This document shows positions 47,083 to 55,588 of a DNA stretch of 55,588 nt, one piece after another. A program made the translations under genes and the position numbers. Origin of the DNA: Vampirovibrionales bacterium (GTDB taxonomy: Bacteria > Cyanobacteriota > Vampirovibrionia > Vampirovibrionales > JAJTHC01); the NCBI GenBank assembly GCA_947458095.1, contig CANGYO010000003.1:1-55588 (forward strand), read 5' to 3'. The notes under the pieces are model-generated. The model searched no databases, was not told the origin of the DNA, and worked only from the letters and a program-made list of their open reading frames with translations. Within the stretch, counting starts at the first letter, position 1. Each line of letters starts with the position of its first letter.

Positions 47083-48006
47083 ATGACTGTTGTCTTAAAA
47101 ACCCTTGACGAACTCGCCACTTGGAAAAACGCCCAAGCGTCTAAATCGATCGCCTTAGTGCCGACCATGGGAAACCTTCATGCAGGGCATTTGGCGTTGA
47201 TTAAAGATGCTCAAAAACACGCTGAAACCGTCATTGTCTCTATTTTTGTGAATCCCACACAATTTGGAGCCAATGAAGATTTAGATCGCTACCCACGTAC
47301 CTTTGACGCCGACTTACTTGCCTGCCAAAACGCTCAAGTGGACGCCATTTTCGCCCCGTCTGTTGAAGTGATGTATCCTGACGGTTTGAAGGTTACGCAT
47401 CACGCCGAAGAATCGCTCGCCAACCGCCTGTGCGGAGCCAGTCGAGTGGGACATTTTGACGGCGTAGTCACCGTGGTGCATCGGCTGTTTAGCGTGGTGG
47501 AACCTCAAATCGCTGTGTTTGGACAAAAAGATGCTCAGCAAGTTGCCGTCATTAAAGCCTTGATTGAAAGTGAAGCCTTCCCTATTCAGCTAGTCGTGCA
47601 TCCTGTGGTGAGGGACAGCGATGGTTTAGCGTTGTCCTCTCGTAATCAATATCTTCAAACGCCCCAAGCGCGTCAAACGGCGTTGGCGTTGTTTGAAACC
47701 ATGCAAGGGCTTGCGGTGGCATTTCATACCTTAAGTCAGGCTCCTTCCGCTCCACTGTTAGATCTTCAAAAAGCGTTTGAACTGTCATGGAAAGCACTAC
47801 AGCCGATGTATCCTTTGGGGCAAGAACTGAAGTGGGACTATGTCGAAGCCGTCGATCATGACACCTTTGAAGCACAAAGCGTTTTAAGCTCCAATAGTCG
47901 CCTGCTTGTTGCGGCTCGATTGGGTGCGTTGCGTTTGATTGATACCTTACATGTGCAGGAATTGCTCGATGAAGTCAAAAGAGAGGGCTTGACATCCTCT
48001 CTTTAA
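47083..48006 (+). CDS. panC: Pantoate--beta-alanine ligase
   Basis: VPTMGNLHAGHLALI, IFVNPTQF, FGQKDAQQ, and a SSRNQYL-type motif. Confidence 0.92.
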   Translation: MTVVLKTLDELATWKNAQASKSIALVPTMGNLHAGHLALIKDAQKHAETVIVSIFVNPTQFGANEDLDRYPRTFDADLLACQNAQVDAIFAPSVEVMYPDGLKVTHHAEESLANRLCGASRVGHFDGVVTVVHRLFSVVEPQIAVFGQKDAQQVAVIKALIESEAFPIQLVVHPVVRDSDGLALSSRNQYLQTPQARQTALALFETMQGLAVAFHTLSQAPSAPLLDLQKAFELSWKALQPMYPLGQELKWDYVEAVDHDTFEAQSVLSSNSRLLVAARLGALRLIDTLHVQELLDEVKREGLTSSL

Positions 48007-48027
48007 AGCAATTTTAAAATAGTTTGA

Positions 48028-48354
48028 TTAATTACAGTTTGGAGTTCTTGCTTTAAATTGACGCTGAGGTGAAAGCAAGGTTTGTTGTTGCATGTCTAAG
48101 CTCACCTTTTCAGGCTTGGTGAACTGTGCAATACGATACCTTTGAGCATCTCTATCACGTTGTCTTTGTATATCGGCTTGTCTGTCTCGCTCAAGCTGAT
48201 CTAAACGAGCCATTTCCGCAGCGATGGCTTGTTCATCGGCGACGTTTCCATTTTGGCTTTGTATCACAACCGCATGAACAGCATTTAGTCCAACCAAGCT
48301 AACGCTTAAGGCAAGGACAAAAGTCAGTGCTTGTTTTGAAAAGAGTGCTTTCAT
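48028..48354 (-). CDS. Small secreted hypothetical protein
   Basis: 108 aa. Signal-peptide-like N-terminus (MKALFSKQALTFVLALSVSLVGLNAVHA), followed by a charged R/D/Q-rich helix. Confidence 0.45.
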   Translation of the reverse strand: MKALFSKQALTFVLALSVSLVGLNAVHAVVIQSQNGNVADEQAIAAEMARLDQLERDRQADIQRQRDRDAQRYRIAQFTKPEKVSLDMQQQTLLSPQRQFKARTPNCN

Positions 48355-48483
48355 TGGGTGTGTTCCTTATATTTGAGAAAATTTTTGAATCCAGATCCTG
48401 CTGATGATTAAAAATCCAAATCAGGCTTTTCACTTCTATCGGTAGATTTTCATCAAAGCTTTAGAGACTGTTACAAACTGTAA

Positions 48484-48618
48484 TATAGTATCCGCTATAT
48501 AAAACGGTCTAGGGTCTCTTCGTTGTCGCACCAATTTTTTTGTTTGGTTATGGTCGTTTATGTACACGCCCGCACAAAAAATATGAGGCTCCTAGAATAG
48601 CCTAAGTACAGAAAACTA
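48484..48618 (+). repeat. Family 2 repeat, full copy B
   Basis: agtatccgctatataaa..tcttcgttgtcgca..gtttatgtacacgcc..tgaggctcctagaatagcctaagtacagaaaacta. Confidence 0.7.
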
Positions 48619-48632
48619 TAAATTCAGCTATA

Positions 48633-49679
48633 TTAAACGTGCGTTGCACGCTTAAGCCGATCCAAAATCGCCAGCCACTCGGCTTGCTCAGGCGGAGCCT
48701 CAATCAAGATTTCCCCACAACCTAAAGCATCTAAGTGGCGTAAATCAGCATAAAGACGCTGTGCATAAAGTGCTGGCGAATGCGATGCTTCCACCCAGTG
48801 TATCGGCACTTGCAAGGAATCAGGCTTTTCGTGAAAGGCTAAAATACCCAAGGGCTTTTCACGTTTTGACGCCTTTTCCCACAAGATCTCCTCAAAATCC
48901 CCGACGTGAACCAACTGACTCGGTGTAGTGGGGGCATAGTGACGGGCGTACGTCCCTGAAGCCACCGTGTTTTCCGTGTCTTCTGCATAGTGATGCTTCA
49001 CCGAAACCGCTACATCGTAAGCTTTGGCGACGGCTTCAACCGCTTCTTGGCTTACATGACCCAAGCGTAAAATCACGATGCCTTGCTTGCCGACATCACT
49101 ACAATCGACAATCGTGGATTCTAGCCCTACGGTAGACGCCCCACCGTCTAAAATCGTGAACAAGAAAGTCCCTAACAAGGGAGAATCCTTGAAAGATTGC
49201 CAGACATGCTCTGCCGTGGTGGGGCTAATCTGCCCAAAGCGATTCGCCGAAGGAGCCGCCAAGGCTAGCCCACTTTCACGCAAGACTGCTTGTGCGATGG
49301 GATGCTCTGGTACACGCAAGCCCACGGTGTCTTTACCGCCTGTTACAAGGGACGAAACGGCGTCTGTTTTTTTGAGAATCAAGGTCATGGCACCCGCCCA
49401 AAAGGCAGACGCAAGGGCGTCTATAATGGGGTGATCCACCACGCCATAACGCTTCCAGCTCACGCCATCATCCGCCACGTGCAGAATCAAGGGATGTTGC
49501 GACGGACGTTCTTTAAACGCAAAAATACGCGCCACGGCTTTAGGGTTTGAGGCATCTGCCGCTAAGCCATAAACGGTTTCAGTCGGCAAGCCCACGAGTC
49601 CCCCCGCCTTGAGGGTATCAATCGCATCCGCCGTATCAGTTGTAAAAGGAGCTCGTTTCATCTTAAAATAGTAACACAT
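48633..49679 (-). CDS. L-threonylcarbamoyladenylate synthase (YrdC domain + Sua5 C-terminal domain)
   Basis: GGLVGLPTETVYGLAADA, KERP...PLILHV, LAAPSANRFG. 348 aa. An alternative ATG lies at 49661. Confidence 0.9.
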   Translation of the reverse strand: MCYYFKMKRAPFTTDTADAIDTLKAGGLVGLPTETVYGLAADASNPKAVARIFAFKERPSQHPLILHVADDGVSWKRYGVVDHPIIDALASAFWAGAMTLILKKTDAVSSLVTGGKDTVGLRVPEHPIAQAVLRESGLALAAPSANRFGQISPTTAEHVWQSFKDSPLLGTFLFTILDGGASTVGLESTIVDCSDVGKQGIVILRLGHVSQEAVEAVAKAYDVAVSVKHHYAEDTENTVASGTYARHYAPTTPSQLVHVGDFEEILWEKASKREKPLGILAFHEKPDSLQVPIHWVEASHSPALYAQRLYADLRHLDALGCGEILIEAPPEQAEWLAILDRLKRATHV

Positions 49680-49740
49680 AATTAGGTTTACGTCGCTTTA
49701 ATAGCATAATGTTACAGTTATCTGTAAATGAACTTTCTAT

Positions 49741-49761
49741 AGGCACCTAGAATAGCCTGAG
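49741..49761 (+). repeat. Family 2 repeat, 3' block only (copy G)
   Basis: aggcacctagaatagcctgag compared with aggctcctagaatagcctaag at 48585-48605. Confidence 0.45.
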
Positions 49762-49903
49762 TCTGCTTAATTCTTTAAAACACTTACAACCCGACTCCGA
49801 ATACTGAAAAATAGCCTTTGGGATTCCGCCTAAATGGCTAGACGTGCTTGTTTTTCTTCTGTGGATGGCGTAAAATAAAACCCAACCCGCAAAGGATGCC
49901 CCG

Positions 49904-51256
49904 ATGCTACACCTCAAGTTTCACGCCCTTGAAGCCGTTAGTCGTAATTACGCCCCAAACCTTGAAGCTCTCTTAAAAGACTTCCCACCACTCGATGCCA
50001 ATGCGGTCGCCGTACTGTTATGGGGGCATATTCCCAAGCTCGGTTTGAAGCGACAAAAGCAGTTGTTTCAGTCCTTTAGTGGGGAATTGTTGTGGCAGTT
50101 GTTTTGGGTGCCTCCGCAATGGGGGGCGGAACATTTTGGCGAAAGCTTTTCATCTTTTCCTAGCACCTTGCTAAAAGCATGGGAAGAAAAGCAAGTCTAT
50201 TTCAAAGAACATTTACGCACCGTTTTGAATCATTACCAAACCCAAGACGTCGGCTGGATGGGCTGCCATGACGAGCGTTTTCCCGAACGGCTTGCTCAAA
50301 TCCATGAATCGCCTTCGATCTTGTTTTTTCAAGGCAATATAGCATTACTACAGTCGGAACATCCCTTTTTGTCCGTCGTTGGCACTCGGCATGCCAGTGA
50401 TTATGCCTGCGAACAATTGATGCGTATTTTAGAAGAAGCGGCTCCCCTAAAGCCGTGCATCATCAGTGGGCTTGCCATGGGCATTGATGCGGTCGCCCAC
50501 CAAACGGCGATCAATAACCAGCTCCCCACGATTGCGGTACTGGCGGGGGGCTTGGATTATGTCACGCCTCCGTGTAATGAGTATTTGGGTCGTGCGATTT
50601 TGGAAGAAAATGGCTTATTGTTGAGCGAAATGCCCTTGGGCGTTCCGCCTATACCGAAGTCGTTTCCTCGACGTAATCGCTTGATTGTGGGCTTAAGTCC
50701 TGCCTTGTGGGTGGTGGAAGGAAGCTTGTTGAGTGGCACGATGGTCTCCGCTCGCATTGCGTTGGAAGAAAGTCGAGATGTCGGCGTTCTACCTATGGAT
50801 ATTACCCGTGACGGTGCCGCAGGGCCGTTGAAGTTGTTGAAAGAAGGGGCGATGCCCATTAGTTGCGGTCAAGATTTGGCGGATTTGCTCGGGATTGTGG
50901 GGGCGGAAAAATTAGTTTCGACGATCAAAGTGCTTTCGGAAGAAAAACGCACCGACTTACTTGAAAACATTCAACGTAAAACGGCAAGTCCCAAAGTGGC
51001 TAAAGTCGAAGTAGAAGCGGTTGAAGAGATCGAAGAAAAAATAGAAAGCCCTCCAATAGAAGCCGAAGTGGATGAAGCAGACGACAACGTGTTGTTGTCT
51101 ATTTTACGGCAAAGTAAAGCCAAAGAACTGCATGTGGATTCCATGGCGTTATTGTCAGGCATGAAGCCCCATGATGTCTTGGGGGAATTGAGTATTCTAG
51201 AAATTACGGGGCGTGTGGAGCGTCGTTCAGGAAACGTCTTCACGTTAGTGGTTTAA
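49904..51256 (+). CDS. dprA: DNA-processing protein DprA (Smf) with acidic linker and C-terminal winged-helix-like domain
   Basis: SVVGTRHASDY, SGLAMGIDAVAHQ, FPRRNRLIVGLS, and a VVEG..LSGT-type motif. Confidence 0.88.
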   Translation: MLHLKFHALEAVSRNYAPNLEALLKDFPPLDANAVAVLLWGHIPKLGLKRQKQLFQSFSGELLWQLFWVPPQWGAEHFGESFSSFPSTLLKAWEEKQVYFKEHLRTVLNHYQTQDVGWMGCHDERFPERLAQIHESPSILFFQGNIALLQSEHPFLSVVGTRHASDYACEQLMRILEEAAPLKPCIISGLAMGIDAVAHQTAINNQLPTIAVLAGGLDYVTPPCNEYLGRAILEENGLLLSEMPLGVPPIPKSFPRRNRLIVGLSPALWVVEGSLLSGTMVSARIALEESRDVGVLPMDITRDGAAGPLKLLKEGAMPISCGQDLADLLGIVGAEKLVSTIKVLSEEKRTDLLENIQRKTASPKVAKVEVEAVEEIEEKIESPPIEAEVDEADDNVLLSILRQSKAKELHVDSMALLSGMKPHDVLGELSILEITGRVERRSGNVFTLVV

Positions 51257-51268
51257 TTCTCTTACATT

Positions 51269-51298
51269 TTCACAGTTCTGCTAAAACAATGTTATAAT
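51269..51298 (+). promoter_or_regulatory. Candidate sigma70-type promoter with extended -10
   Basis: ttcaca (51269-51274), 18 nt, then tg-t-tataat (TG at 51290-51291, tataat at 51293-51298). It lies about 43 nt upstream of the ATG at 51341. Confidence 0.4.
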
Positions 51299-51340
51299 AA
51301 AAGCAAAACTGATTTTATGCCATTTAAAGAGGTCCCTTCT

Positions 51341-51880
51341 ATGAAAATCCCCTTCAAGATTTTAGGCATTGCTTGCCTGTCGATAGTGGTTGCCCACTTT
51401 AGCGGATGCACCGCCCCCCCCACTGAACATAACGAATCGGTCACCCGCCCTGGGGAAGAAAAAATCACCTTCGCCCAAAATGTGCCGCCTGCGGAAGCCT
51501 TGAGCTTGATTCCGTTTCTAAGCGAAAGCCCCTTGCTTTTAACGATTACGGCGGATTTATGTGCGGAATGTCAAGCCTTAAAGCCTGTTTTAGCCGAAGT
51601 ACGTAAATCCTATCTTCAGACCCCTGTCTTAGATTTAAACCTTAACCAAAAACCGCAATGCCCGCTTGGACTCAAAAATTATGATGCCCTCATGACCGCA
51701 TACGCCCCTGTCGTCACCCCCACCTTGATTTTTATTGCCAAAGGGGGAGCGGTGTCGTCTATTTTAGCAGGGAATCAAAAGGTAGAATACCTACACGACG
51801 CCTTCAAAAAAATACAGTTGCCTAAGGAACAATCGCCCAAAGTCCTTCCCAATCCCAATAGCCTATTGAGTTGTGGCTAA
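51341..51880 (+). CDS. Thioredoxin-fold lipoprotein (ResA/CcsX-like candidate)
   Basis: Lipobox-like VAHFSGC, and LLTITADLCAECQALKP (CxxC). I prefer the ATG at 51341, which has an agagg SD, over the ATG at 51317. Confidence 0.6.
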   Translation: MKIPFKILGIACLSIVVAHFSGCTAPPTEHNESVTRPGEEKITFAQNVPPAEALSLIPFLSESPLLLTITADLCAECQALKPVLAEVRKSYLQTPVLDLNLNQKPQCPLGLKNYDALMTAYAPVVTPTLIFIAKGGAVSSILAGNQKVEYLHDAFKKIQLPKEQSPKVLPNPNSLLSCG

Positions 51881-52662
51881 TGATGCTACTCGATTTTTTA
51901 GACGGCATGGGGCAAGAAGCCATGAGCTGGGTGCAGGGGCATCCGCTTGGGTGGTGGTCGCCGTTATTTGCCTTTGTTTTGGGCTTATTGAACACGTTGA
52001 ATCCGTGTAACGTAAGCGTTCTGCCCTTGTGGGGGCTTTACCTGTTTGGGGAATCGCCTCTTCAAGAAACCACGCATGATTCACCTGATTTTCAAGTACG
52101 CTTAAAGGGGTTTCGTCGCTACTTGCACCTCAGTATTTTGTTTACCACGGGTATGGTTTTGGCGTTGTCTGTTTTGGGATTTATAGCCTTGCAGTTACGC
52201 TGGATCGTATTTGGGGCGTGGAATCAGCCGTGGGTGTGGTCGGTTGCTGGGGGATTCACCTTTCTTTTGGGGCTTTCCATCCTACAAAAATGGGATGTCT
52301 CTTCCTGGCTTCAAAACGTCACGCAAGGGTTGTTTAAAATCAGTCAACTGTCTTGGCTTGAAGCCTTAAAACCCTTGCTTTTAGGGGTGAGTTATGCGTT
52401 TATTCTTTCACCGTGTAGCACCCCGTTTTTGCTCGCTTTAACGGTGCTGTTACTACATAGCCCACACCCTGCGGTGAGTCTGCTCAGTATTGTACTCTAT
52501 AGCTTTGGGCAAGGACTCTTGTTTTTGCTTTTGCCGTGGGTCTTACCCTTTTTACAAGAACGCTTAGAATCTTCGTGGTTGGAGCGTTTACAACAGGGTA
52601 GTGCGTGGCTTTTGCTGGTGATGGGGTTGTGGCTGATGCTATATCCGCTTCTTTCTCAATAG
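51880..52662 (+). CDS. ccdA: Cytochrome c biogenesis thiol-disulfide transporter CcdA/DsbD family
   Basis: LNTLNPCNVSVLP and ILSPCSTPFLLAL contain the two conserved membrane Cys. TAATG coupling to the upstream thioredoxin-fold gene. Confidence 0.8.
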   Translation: MMLLDFLDGMGQEAMSWVQGHPLGWWSPLFAFVLGLLNTLNPCNVSVLPLWGLYLFGESPLQETTHDSPDFQVRLKGFRRYLHLSILFTTGMVLALSVLGFIALQLRWIVFGAWNQPWVWSVAGGFTFLLGLSILQKWDVSSWLQNVTQGLFKISQLSWLEALKPLLLGVSYAFILSPCSTPFLLALTVLLLHSPHPAVSLLSIVLYSFGQGLLFLLLPWVLPFLQERLESSWLERLQQGSAWLLLVMGLWLMLYPLLSQ

Positions 52663-52687
52663 GTGGATTCTAGGCTTCGAGAACGAT

Positions 52688-52888
52688 TTACGTCGCCTCT
52701 AGGACGTCTTGGATGCTTTGAAAACGTCCCTTCGCTTGATTCAACAAGGCTTGACTGGCTTTAATATGCGTAACACCCTCTTCAAAGAGCGTCAAAGATT
52801 CTTCAAGAGGCAAGGCTTCTTGGCGAAAACGTTCGATAATCTCGCTCAAGGCTTGGGTGTGCTGGGTAAAGGTTTGGGTGGATGTCAT
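52688..52888 (-). CDS. xseB: Exodeoxyribonuclease VII small subunit
   Basis: 66 aa. ALSEIIERFRQEALPLEESLTLFEEGVTHIKASQALLNQAKGRF fits the XseB helical hairpin consensus. No xseA is present in the window. Confidence 0.75.
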   Translation of the reverse strand: MTSTQTFTQHTQALSEIIERFRQEALPLEESLTLFEEGVTHIKASQALLNQAKGRFQSIQDVLEAT

Positions 52889-52968
52889 GTGTCAGGCTCC
52901 TTAATTTTTGTAACATACTAACACAAAAGTCTTCTCTTGAGACGTTTATGCGACTGTGGTCAAAATAC

Positions 52969-53490
52969 ATGATTAAGGAAATGGAGATTCAACAAATGGG
53001 AATGAACGTAAATCCATCAGGAAGTTATAATGCACCGATGGGCGGGCAAAATATTCCAGCTGAAAAGAAGAAAGACGGCTTGCCTGTCGGACATATCGCC
53101 ACAACGGCGGTTGTGGGAGCAGGTACTTTAGTATACAAACAGTTGGAATATGCAAAGAGAAAAGAGATCCTTCCCCTTTTGAACGACCCTAATTCAGAAG
53201 TTTCTCAATACCTCGCAAAGTCAAAGACTTATCTTGAAAACATGAAGCTTAAGAACGATTTAACTTTCGGTGAAAAAATAGAAAAATTTGAGACACAGAA
53301 AATAGTAGAGGGATTGGAAGAATTACCTAAAATGGACTTAGACAATACCTTAAAACATGTCGGCAAAAACGTCGCTTGGGCAGCACTCTTCGCTGGCGTG
53401 ACCGCTGGCGTTTACGGAGGCGTCAAAGCACTCACGGGCAACAAAGAGGCTCCGCCACAAGCCCCTCCAAACGTTCCACCCACCGCCTAG
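52969..53490 (+). CDS. Hypothetical membrane protein (two hydrophobic segments, Pro-rich C-terminus)
   Basis: ORF with the hydrophobic segments TTAVVGAGTLVY and AWAALFAGVTAGVYGGV. The start is uncertain (52948, 52969 or 52996). Confidence 0.4.
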   Translation: MIKEMEIQQMGMNVNPSGSYNAPMGGQNIPAEKKKDGLPVGHIATTAVVGAGTLVYKQLEYAKRKEILPLLNDPNSEVSQYLAKSKTYLENMKLKNDLTFGEKIEKFETQKIVEGLEELPKMDLDNTLKHVGKNVAWAALFAGVTAGVYGGVKALTGNKEAPPQAPPNVPPTA

Positions 53491-53507
53491 TTTAAACTTC
53501 ATACCGT

Positions 53508-54380
53508 TTAATTGGTATCAGTTAAGCGTGCCAAGTCTTCGGGGGTGTCTACCCCCACAGGGGCTGAACTCACCACGCCTGCGTAAATGCTCATGCCTAA
53601 GGCTAAGGCTCTTAACTGTTCAAGCTGTTCGGCATGTTCTAAGGCATCTTCACCAGCTTCTACAAAACGTTGCAAGGCTTTAACTTTATAGGCATAGACC
53701 CCGATATGTCGAAAATACGTCGTCGACGTGGGCTGAGCGTGTTTGGCTACGTCAAGTCCTGAGCGAAGAAAGGGAATCGGCAAGCGACTAAAATACAAGA
53801 CTTTGCCTGTTGGTGTATATAAGGCTTTGACACGGTTCGTATTATTCAGCAACTGCGTTGCTTCGTCTTGGGTTTGAAGACTTTCTGACGAAAAATAGGG
53901 CGTCACCAGTGTCACAATGTCCGCCTCATTAGCATAGGCTTGCATGGCGTGAAGCAAGGTGTCGAGGTGTTCAGGAGAAATAAACGGTTCGTCGCCTTGC
54001 AGGTTAATTACCCAGTCATACGCATCAGGTTTGTTTTGACTAATCGCTTGAAAGGCTTCCCAAATACGGTCACTGCCTGATGCGTGATCCGTCCGAGTCA
54101 TCACCGTTCTTGTTTCAAACGGGATTAACGCCTCTTGAATACGCAGATCATCGGTGGCAACAATATAGCGACCTTCCACCAAACGGCTTTCTTTCACCCG
54201 TTCAACGACGTGTTGCACCATGGGCAAGCCCTCAATCATCGCCAAAGGCTTACCAGGAAAGCGAGTGGATCCATAACGGGCGGGAATAATCGTCACCACA
54301 CGCTTGAGATCAAGCGTCCCATGGGCATCTTCGTTCTTTGTAACAAGTTCTAAAGTTTTTGAAGCATCTCGTCGATACAT
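53508..54380 (-). CDS. kdsB: 3-deoxy-manno-octulosonate cytidylyltransferase (CMP-KDO synthetase)
   Basis: IIPARYGSTRFPGKPLAMIEG.PMVQHV, NLQGDEP, EQLEQLRAL. It has an N-terminal extension of about 25 aa. Confidence 0.88.
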   Translation of the reverse strand: MYRRDASKTLELVTKNEDAHGTLDLKRVVTIIPARYGSTRFPGKPLAMIEGLPMVQHVVERVKESRLVEGRYIVATDDLRIQEALIPFETRTVMTRTDHASGSDRIWEAFQAISQNKPDAYDWVINLQGDEPFISPEHLDTLLHAMQAYANEADIVTLVTPYFSSESLQTQDEATQLLNNTNRVKALYTPTGKVLYFSRLPIPFLRSGLDVAKHAQPTSTTYFRHIGVYAYKVKALQRFVEAGEDALEHAEQLEQLRALALGMSIYAGVVSSAPVGVDTPEDLARLTDTN

Positions 54381-54699
54381 GGCGGAGCAGTCCTCATGTT
54401 TTTGGAATAGGTCAACGCCAATCCTATTCTTATTCTAATATAAAGGATTTTTTTGTGAAACCACCTTATTCCCCTTATGACAGGGCTTATGAAAATCCCC
54501 GTACGCCCGCCTATTCATTTTCGATGCACGTGCAGGAAAATGACATGATTTTCCCCAAAAACAGGCGTTACAACGGCTTGCGTCAAGAAAATGGCTTGTG
54601 GATTAAGTGGATCCCCAGCCCTGCCTTAGCCAAGTGGAAAAGCAGGCCTTTAGAGGGTTTGTAAGACCCTTAACTAAAGAAGGCTTTGCGAAAATCCTG

Positions 54700-54725
54700 C
54701 TCCTTCCCCTTAAATGGGGAGGGAG
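54700..54725. repeat. G/C-rich hairpin related to 25872-25892
   Basis: ctccttcccc-ttaaat-ggggagggag is a 10-bp stem with one G-U pair. Confidence 0.55.
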
Positions 54726-54965
54726 TAAAGCATTTTGAAAACGCTAGCACAAAATTATATTGAGGCGGTATTATAAAAGGAGAAAGCGTTTTTTGTTCCC
54801 TCGCTTTAAATTTTAAGGAAAACCCTATGCGTTTAGCGTCTCTCTCGACCTGTCAATCCCAAGCCAATCCTCAAATAGGGATGTCAAGTCCAGCTTTTAC
54901 AAGCCTAGCCCCCAAAAGCGGATGCCTTTACGCCTAGTAGCCGCATCCAACGGCAGGGGTTTTCA

Positions 54966-55460
54966 GTGGAACAACTTCAAAAGGAAATTCTTCCAAGACT
55001 TCAAACGAATATTCAAAAATTAGAGGAAGCTATAGAGCGAGGTGACACATACGATTATTTTGAAGGTGCTCATGTATCCGCAATTGATATATGGAAAGAT
55101 ACCTATAAGTTCATAAGCAATCATATCGAAGGTAAAGCTTTAGATGAAAGAGTTGAGATAGACAACCTTAATTTCGAGTCATTAGACTTAAGTGGTGCTG
55201 ACTTATATAAAGCCCATTTAAAAGATGCTAATTTATGTGGTGCCAACTTAAGCGGAGCAAACTTAATAAGCGCTAATTTGGTTGGAGCAGACGTATCTTC
55301 TACAAATCTAGAAAACGCTGACTTATCCTTTGCGAATTTAAGTGGTGCTAACCTAACAAATGCTCATATTGTTTTAAAAAATGGCGAAATTGCGTATTAC
55401 CCCCATGTGAATTCGGAGGGTCAAAAACCTACGATAATGTTTAAGAACCTATCTTCATGA
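54966..55460 (+). CDS. Pentapeptide repeat protein
   Basis: GTG start. The C-terminal half is a run of A(D/N)LxG units: LSGADLYKAHLKDANLCGANLSGANLISANLVGADVSSTNLENADLSFANLSGANLTNA. AT-rich. Confidence 0.8.
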   Translation: MEQLQKEILPRLQTNIQKLEEAIERGDTYDYFEGAHVSAIDIWKDTYKFISNHIEGKALDERVEIDNLNFESLDLSGADLYKAHLKDANLCGANLSGANLISANLVGADVSSTNLENADLSFANLSGANLTNAHIVLKNGEIAYYPHVNSEGQKPTIMFKNLSS

Positions 55461-55588
55461 AAGTTGTATTCTTTTGAACAGAGTACAGCAATGAGATATT
55501 TTGACCTGTGTTTCGGCTGAAGACACACTAATCTCATAGTCTTTACTCAAACGTCGTGACCCATTCATCCAACTGAATGTACGTTCTA
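55455..55588 (-). mobile_element. C-terminal end of an IS5/IS4-superfamily DDE transposase gene (continues beyond right edge)
   Basis: Own translation of the minus strand gives ERTFSWMNGSRRLSKDYEISVSSAETQVKISHCCTLFKRIQLS-stop. The ERTF.W.N..RRL.KDYE block is the conserved C-terminal signature of IS5-type transposases. Confidence 0.6.

Noticed and set aside
54359-54664. 101-aa plus-strand ORF after kdsB
   Set aside because: It has a TTG start overlapping the kdsB 5' end, no SD and no recognisable family. A shorter internal start (GTG about 54455) is possible but unsupported.
54827-54937. 36-aa small ORF (MRLASLSTCQSQANPQIGMSSPAFTSLAPKSGCLYA) with a good aagga SD
   Set aside because: It could be a real small peptide. 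However, there are no neighbouring modification or export genes and conservation cannot be assessed from this window.
1-55588. tRNA, rRNA, tmRNA or riboswitch elements in intergenic regions
   Set aside because: Scanning the intergenic stretches by eye showed no cloverleaf-compatible T-arm (GGTTCGAATCC-like) or rRNA-like sequence. This is not exhaustive without tRNAscan or cmscan.

Overview
This is a 55.6-kb bacterial chromosomal window, densely coding on both strands with about 55 supportable CDS. I found no rRNA, tRNA or CRISPR by eye. Most genes are housekeeping: a clpC 5' part, rpmE-prfA-rsmE-cca, yvcK, hom, comF, fusA, relA/spoT, an ABC-F ATPase, panC, tsaC/sua5, dprA, ccdA, xseB, kdsB and cdd. 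There are also envelope-sugar genes: a heptose kinase, an O-antigen-ligase/IctB-like protein, a GT4 glycosyltransferase with a PIG-L deacetylase, a DegT aminotransferase and an LMW-PTP. A flagellar/type III export-gate cluster is present, with fliO-P-Q-R on the minus strand convergent with flhA. Gene content (ClpC with a UVR motif, rpmE-prfA adjacency, DUF4330, IctB-like, SbtA/SbtB-like, CcdA, pentapeptide protein, plus flagellar genes) suggests a non-photosynthetic relative of Cyanobacteria (Melainabacteria/Vampirovibrionia-like). That is inference only. The best candidate for a special system is a strongly AT-rich two-gene insertion at 42009-44247, precisely wedged between an LMW-PTP gene and cdd. 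It encodes an ABC/SMC-type ATPase with an unusual P-loop, overlapping a DUF4435/Toprim-like protein. This is a split OLD-nuclease architecture as in PARIS (AriA/AriB) or AbiL anti-phage systems, and it may be a divergent variant. Other accessory content includes two putative type II toxin-antitoxin pairs flanking relA/spoT and two AT-rich orphan genes flanking flhA, one with a Cys-His-Asp hydrolase-like pattern. There is also a 22-bp x ~6.5 tandem repeat array, two dispersed families of intergenic repeats (one a long imperfect hairpin that sits inside the fliO-fliP spacer), and an IS5-like transposase fragment at the right edge.
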